Both the position numbers and the translations under genes were made by a program. From the NCBI GenBank assembly GCA_038243585.1, contig JBBSQY010000012.1:1-64000 (forward strand): a stretch of 64,000 nucleotides of DNA, written 5' to 3'. Source of the DNA: Candidatus Sumerlaeales bacterium. GTDB taxonomy: Bacteria > Sumerlaeota > Sumerlaeia > Sumerlaeales > Sumerlaeaceae. The notes beneath the pieces were generated by a model. The model saw only the letters and a list, made by a program, of their open reading frames with translations. It was not told the DNA's origin and made no database searches. Positions 59,695 through 64,000 of this stretch are shown here, piece by piece (position 1 is the stretch's first letter; every line of letters begins with the position of its first letter).

Positions 59695-61020
59695 ATGTTG
59701 CTTGCCGTATCTGGGCTCCTTTTGTTTTCTGGATGCAAAAGGGAACAATCTGCCCGTCCGGCACCGCCGCCGGCTGAGGTCGAGGTTTACGTGGCGAAGG
59801 CGACAAGTGTACCGCTGACCTTCGAGTATATCGGGCAAACCGAAGCCAGCCAGGAGGTAGACGTGCGTGCCCGGGTGCAGGGAGTGGTATGGGAGCAGGG
59901 CTTCTCAGAGGGAACCTCTGTGACCGCAGGCCAGTTTCTGTATCGTATCGACCCGCGCCCATTTGAAGCTGATTTGCAGGTTGCCGATGCTCGGTCGTAT
60001 CAAGCCAAGGTTGCCGTGCAGGCGGCTCAGCGCGACCTAAATCGAACCCGTTCTCTGACCGAGTCGGCAAGCATTGCCCGGGAGGAACTGGATGACGCTA
60101 CCAGTCTTTACGAGACGTCTATGGCATCTTTGCGGCTGGCGGATGCGCAATTGCTTAAAGCAAGGCTTGAACTGAGCTTTACGACGGTTACGGCACCGGT
60201 TGGCGGCAGGATTGGTTTAGCTCTAAAGAGAGTAGGCGATCTGGTAGATACCGGCGAAAACAGTCTACTGTGTCGGATCACAACCCAGGACCCCATGTAC
60301 GTCAATTTTTCTATTAGTGAGAAAGACATGCTGGAGTATCGGAACAACCTGAAGGCTGGACGGATTGAAGCTCCTCAAACCGAAGATTTCATAGTTGAAA
60401 TCGGTCTTTTGGACAAAAGCACTTACCCCGAACGGGGACGTATTAACTTTTCTGATGTTACCATAGATCCTCGCACGGGCACGGGAACGCATCGGGCCGC
60501 GTTTCCAAACCCCGAGGGGCTGCTTCAGCCGGGCCAATATGTGGAAGTGCGCATCATCGGCGCTAACCGCACAAAAACAGTTATGGTTCCACAGGGCGCT
60601 GTGATGTTCGGAATGCAGGGAAGCTATGTTTATGTGGTCGGCGATGACGATAAGGTAGAAATGAGACCGGTGACCGCGACAGACTGGGAAGGTCTTAATT
60701 GGATAATTGAAGAGGGTCTCGCTGCGGGAGAACAAATCATTATTTCAGGCATTAACAAGACGCAACCTGGCGCGGATGTCAGTGTGACCACGGTAACGAC
60801 TGAACTTGATAAGGAAACTCCAGTTGCGGACAGCTCGAAGAGCCAAGGGATAACCCCCGCGGCGGACAGCTCGGCGAGCCGTCCCTACCCAAAAGACAGC
60901 AAGATGCCGGCCTCGCCGAGGGAAAAAGCTGAGGCTCAAGCCAGGGCGGCGGGAACAACGCAAACTGTGTCAGCCGAGACCTTGACAACCACCAAAAGTG
61001 CGTCGGCCGAGACGGAATAA
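59695..61020 (+). CDS. RND efflux periplasmic adaptor lipoprotein (AcrA/MexA-like); start uncertain
   Basis: FSGC lipobox; VDVRARVQG, LYRIDPRPF, VTAPVGGRIG and FPNPEGLLQPGQYV; long disordered C-tail. Confidence 0.92.
   Translation: MLLAVSGLLLFSGCKREQSARPAPPPAEVEVYVAKATSVPLTFEYIGQTEASQEVDVRARVQGVVWEQGFSEGTSVTAGQFLYRIDPRPFEADLQVADARSYQAKVAVQAAQRDLNRTRSLTESASIAREELDDATSLYETSMASLRLADAQLLKARLELSFTTVTAPVGGRIGLALKRVGDLVDTGENSLLCRITTQDPMYVNFSISEKDMLEYRNNLKAGRIEAPQTEDFIVEIGLLDKSTYPERGRINFSDVTIDPRTGTGTHRAAFPNPEGLLQPGQYVEVRIIGANRTKTVMVPQGAVMFGMQGSYVYVVGDDDKVEMRPVTATDWEGLNWIIEEGLAAGEQIIISGINKTQPGADVSVTTVTTELDKETPVADSSKSQGITPAADSSASRPYPKDSKMPASPREKAEAQARAAGTTQTVSAETLTTTKSASAETE
60828..60889 (-). repeat. 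GTAG-type REP (full copy 60864-60889 plus degenerate partial) inside the adaptor CDS
   Basis: ggacagctcggcgagccgtccctacc; partial ggacagctcgaagagcc at 60828-60844. Confidence 0.85.
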
Positions 61021-61026
61021 TTACCC

Positions 61027-64000
61027 ATGTTCAGTAAGTTTTTTATCGATCGACCAGTTTTCGCATCAGTACTTTCCATCATCATTACCCTGGCGGGATT
61101 GGTTGCTATCTGGAACTTGCCGATTGAGCAGTTTCCCGAGATCACGCCGCCTACCGTTAGCGTAAGTGCCAACTACCCTGGCGCCAGCGCCGAAGTTGTC
61201 GCTCAGTCTCTGGCGGCGCCGATAGAACAGGAACTTAGCGGCGCTCAGCACATGCTCTACTTCCAGACACAGTGTGCGAACAACGGCTCGCTGAACATCA
61301 CTGTCACTTTTGAAACGGGAACCAACATCGATCTGGCGGCGGTAGAAGTGCAAAACCGCGTAAAGAGAGCGGAGCCGCGCCTGCCGCAGGAATCCATTCG
61401 CCAGGGCATAGTCGTCACGAAGAAGAGCACCGCGATTTTGATGGTGGCCGCGCTTCAGTCTGAAGGTGAGCAGTATAACGAACTGTTTCTCAACAACTAC
61501 GCAACCATCAGTGTGCTCGACAGTATAAAGCGGGTCCCTGGCGTGGGCGATGCAACCGTGTATGGGGCAAAAGATTATAGCATGCGGCTTTGGATCAATC
61601 CAGATCGTATGGCAAACCTTGGCATTACCACCACGGACATTGCAACCGCCGTCAGTGAGCAGAACGGTCAGTTCGCGGCGGGAACGGTAGGCCAGGAGCC
61701 GAACAAGGACCCGGTTGTACTGACTTTCCCGGTTATTACCAGGGGACGGCTTGAAGAGCCTAAAGAGTTTGAAAATATTATTCTGCGCGCAAACCCGGAC
61801 GGCAGCAAGGTCCTGATGAAGGATGTGGGCCGCGCGGAACTGGGCGCTCAGAGTTATGATTTGTTTGGCCGTCTGAACGGCAAGCCGACAACGCTGATGC
61901 CGATCTATCTCCAGCCGGGGGCGAATGCGTTAAATACCGCCAAGGCGGTGCAAGCGACACTGGATGAGCTGGCGAAAAGCTTTCCCAAATCTGTGTTTTA
62001 CAAAATCCCCTACGATACCACCATCTTCGTTGACGCTTCTATTAACGAGGTCATGCACACGTTTATGGAAGCCGTTGCGCTGGTGTTGCTGGTGGTGTTT
62101 ATATTTCTTCAAAGCTGGCGGGCCACTATTATCCCGCTTGTTGCGGTTCCGGTGTCAATCATCGGCGCCTTTGCCGGAATGATCGCGCTGGGGTTTTCGA
62201 TCAACACGCTTACCCTTTTCGGTCTTATCCTGGCGATCGGCATCGTGGTGGACGACGCGATTGTGGTGGTGGAAAACGTTGAGCGTATCATGGAGGAAGA
62301 ACACCTGCCCGTGCGCGAAGCAACCATAAAGGCCATGGAAGAGGTTACTGGTCCTGTTGTCGCAATCGTGCTGGTGTTAAGCGCGGTGTTTGTTCCGGTC
62401 GCATTTCTTGGGGGGCTTACGGGGCAACTTTACAAACAGTTCGCCGTTACCATAGCCATATCTGTCGCCATATCGGGACTTGTTGCGCTTACACTGAGCC
62501 CGGCCCTTTGCCGCCTGTTACTTCGGCCGAGCCATAAAGCACGGCGGGGACCATTCAAGTGGTTCAACAGCGCTTTTGACTGGTTTACCAGGGCGTATGT
62601 GTGGACTACGCGTCAGTTCATCCGGTTTGCGTTTGTTTCCCTATTGATTTTCGGTGCGTTGCTCTACGGCATTTTTCTTTTTTGGAATGCCACGCCCAGT
62701 GGATTTGTGCCGGAAGAAGATCAGGGCAGCTTTATCGTCGCAATCCTCCTGCCGGACGGCGCTTCGCTGGACCGGACGGATATTCTAGCGAAAAAGGTTG
62801 AAAGTTTTTTGCTGAAGCAACCAGAGGTGGCCAATATCGTCACCCTTGGCGGACTTAATTTTCTGTCTGGCGGCACCAGTAATACCAATGCCTCGGCGTT
62901 TTACGTGGTACTGAAAGACTGGAAACTGCGGGAGGGCGAAAACAGCAATGTTAACGCTATCGTGGGGCGCGTTATGGGGAACTTTGGGAAAACTCCCGAA
63001 GGCATCGTGATGGCTTTTAATCCACCGCCGATCCGAGGGCTTGGTCTCCGCGCCGGCTTCGAAATGCAGCTTCAGGCCAAGGCTGGACAAAATGTGCGGG
63101 AACTGGCAGAGGTGTCGCAAAACTTTATCGCGGAACTTGGCAAGCAGCCTCAGATTCAGGCACCCAGCGGCACGCTGAGTGTGAAACTGCCGCAGCTTTA
63201 TGTGGACCTGAATCGGGAAAAAGCCAAGTCTATGGGGATACCGATCAATACGGTGTTTGCGACATTGCAGTCCTATTTTGGCGCGCTTTACGTGAACGAT
63301 TTCAATAAGTATGGCCGGGTTTACCGCGTGCAGCTACAGGCGGAACCGGAGTACCGCAGCAAGCCGGAGGATATCGGGAAGCTTTTCGTGAGAAGTGGCG
63401 CGGGCAATATGGTTCCGCTTAGCGAAATTGTAACAACCAGCTTTCGCGCCGGACCGAATGTCGTCAGCCGGTTTAACGGATTTACAAGCGTTCAGGTGAC
63501 CGGTGCCGCGGGCAGCGGGTTCAGTTCCGGGGATGCAATGGCTGCGGCGAACAAGGTGGCGGAGAATCTGCCCCCTGGCTATGGCTACCAATACAGCGGG
63601 GTTTCCTACCAGGAAATCATTGCGGGAAACCAGGCGCCAATGGTGCTGGGTTTTGGGCTGCTGGTAGTGTTCCTGGTGCTTGCCGCCCAGTATGAGCGGT
63701 GGAGCCTGCCCTTTGCGGTTATGCTTGCGGTCCCAATGGGGATTTTCGGCGCACTGGTCGCTATTTACCTTCGGGAGATCAACCGGGACGTTTACTTCCA
63801 GATTGGGTTGCTTACGCTCGTTGGGCTGTCGGCCAAAAATGCGATTCTCATCGTCGAATTCTGCGTGGTGCTTCGAGAGAGTGGCAAGGGCGTGATTGAG
63901 TCAGCCATGGAAGCGGCACGCCTTCGGTTCCGTCCGATTCTGATGACGTCTCTAGCTTTCATCCTGGGTGTGGTGCCGCTGGCCCTCAGCACGGGGGCCG
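61027..64000 (+). CDS. RND efflux permease (HAE1, AcrB/MexB-like), 3' end beyond the window
   Basis: Not in the ORF track; hand translation gives MFSKFFIDRPVFASVLSIII..., AIGIVVDDAIVVVENVER, GLSAKNAILIVEF and RFRPILMTS. Confidence 0.96.
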   Translation, partial: MFSKFFIDRPVFASVLSIIITLAGLVAIWNLPIEQFPEITPPTVSVSANYPGASAEVVAQSLAAPIEQELSGAQHMLYFQTQCANNGSLNITVTFETGTNIDLAAVEVQNRVKRAEPRLPQESIRQGIVVTKKSTAILMVAALQSEGEQYNELFLNNYATISVLDSIKRVPGVGDATVYGAKDYSMRLWINPDRMANLGITTTDIATAVSEQNGQFAAGTVGQEPNKDPVVLTFPVITRGRLEEPKEFENIILRANPDGSKVLMKDVGRAELGAQSYDLFGRLNGKPTTLMPIYLQPGANALNTAKAVQATLDELAKSFPKSVFYKIPYDTTIFVDASINEVMHTFMEAVALVLLVVFIFLQSWRATIIPLVAVPVSIIGAFAGMIALGFSINTLTLFGLILAIGIVVDDAIVVVENVERIMEEEHLPVREATIKAMEEVTGPVVAIVLVLSAVFVPVAFLGGLTGQLYKQFAVTIAISVAISGLVALTLSPALCRLLLRPSHKARRGPFKWFNSAFDWFTRAYVWTTRQFIRFAFVSLLIFGALLYGIFLFWNATPSGFVPEEDQGSFIVAILLPDGASLDRTDILAKKVESFLLKQPEVANIVTLGGLNFLSGGTSNTNASAFYVVLKDWKLREGENSNVNAIVGRVMGNFGKTPEGIVMAFNPPPIRGLGLRAGFEMQLQAKAGQNVRELAEVSQNFIAELGKQPQIQAPSGTLSVKLPQLYVDLNREKAKSMGIPINTVFATLQSYFGALYVNDFNKYGRVYRVQLQAEPEYRSKPEDIGKLFVRSGAGNMVPLSEIVTTSFRAGPNVVSRFNGFTSVQVTGAAGSGFSSGDAMAAANKVAENLPPGYGYQYSGVSYQEIIAGNQAPMVLGFGLLVVFLVLAAQYERWSLPFAVMLAVPMGIFGALVAIYLREINRDVYFQIGLLTLVGLSAKNAILIVEFCVVLRESGKGVIESAMEAARLRFRPILMTSLAFILGVVPLALSTGA

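Overview
GC-rich bacterial chromosomal window with about 45 genes and no rRNA, tRNA, CRISPR array or intact transposase that I can see. Lineage is inferred only: the secretome style, Trp-containing C-terminal tails and repeat families recall Ca. Sumerlaeota/BRC1 or a PVC-like organism. Housekeeping genes are nrdA (partial), trpD, rfbD, rpsA, mutS, treS, trpC, folC, era, a U32 family protein and an RND pump. Accessory modules are a persulfide-detoxification cluster, a phytochrome diguanylate cyclase, NERD and PLD-like nucleases, and many secreted proteins. Four observations stand out. (1) A minus-strand cluster at 3266-9661 encodes a small secreted protein, three tandem signal-peptide-bearing fibre/spike-like paralogs and a subtilase; the paralogs have near-identical N- and C-terminal domains around unrelated, AT-richer central cassettes, and a relic of a fourth copy survives. 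(2) Four secreted proteins share a short Trp-containing C-terminal tail that may be a sorting signal. (3) GTAG-type REP elements are read in frame inside mutS, the RND adaptor and the U32 gene. (4) Three premature stops can each be explained by one C-to-T change in a CCWGG or GGCC site. All family assignments come from motif recognition by eye; no searches were run.
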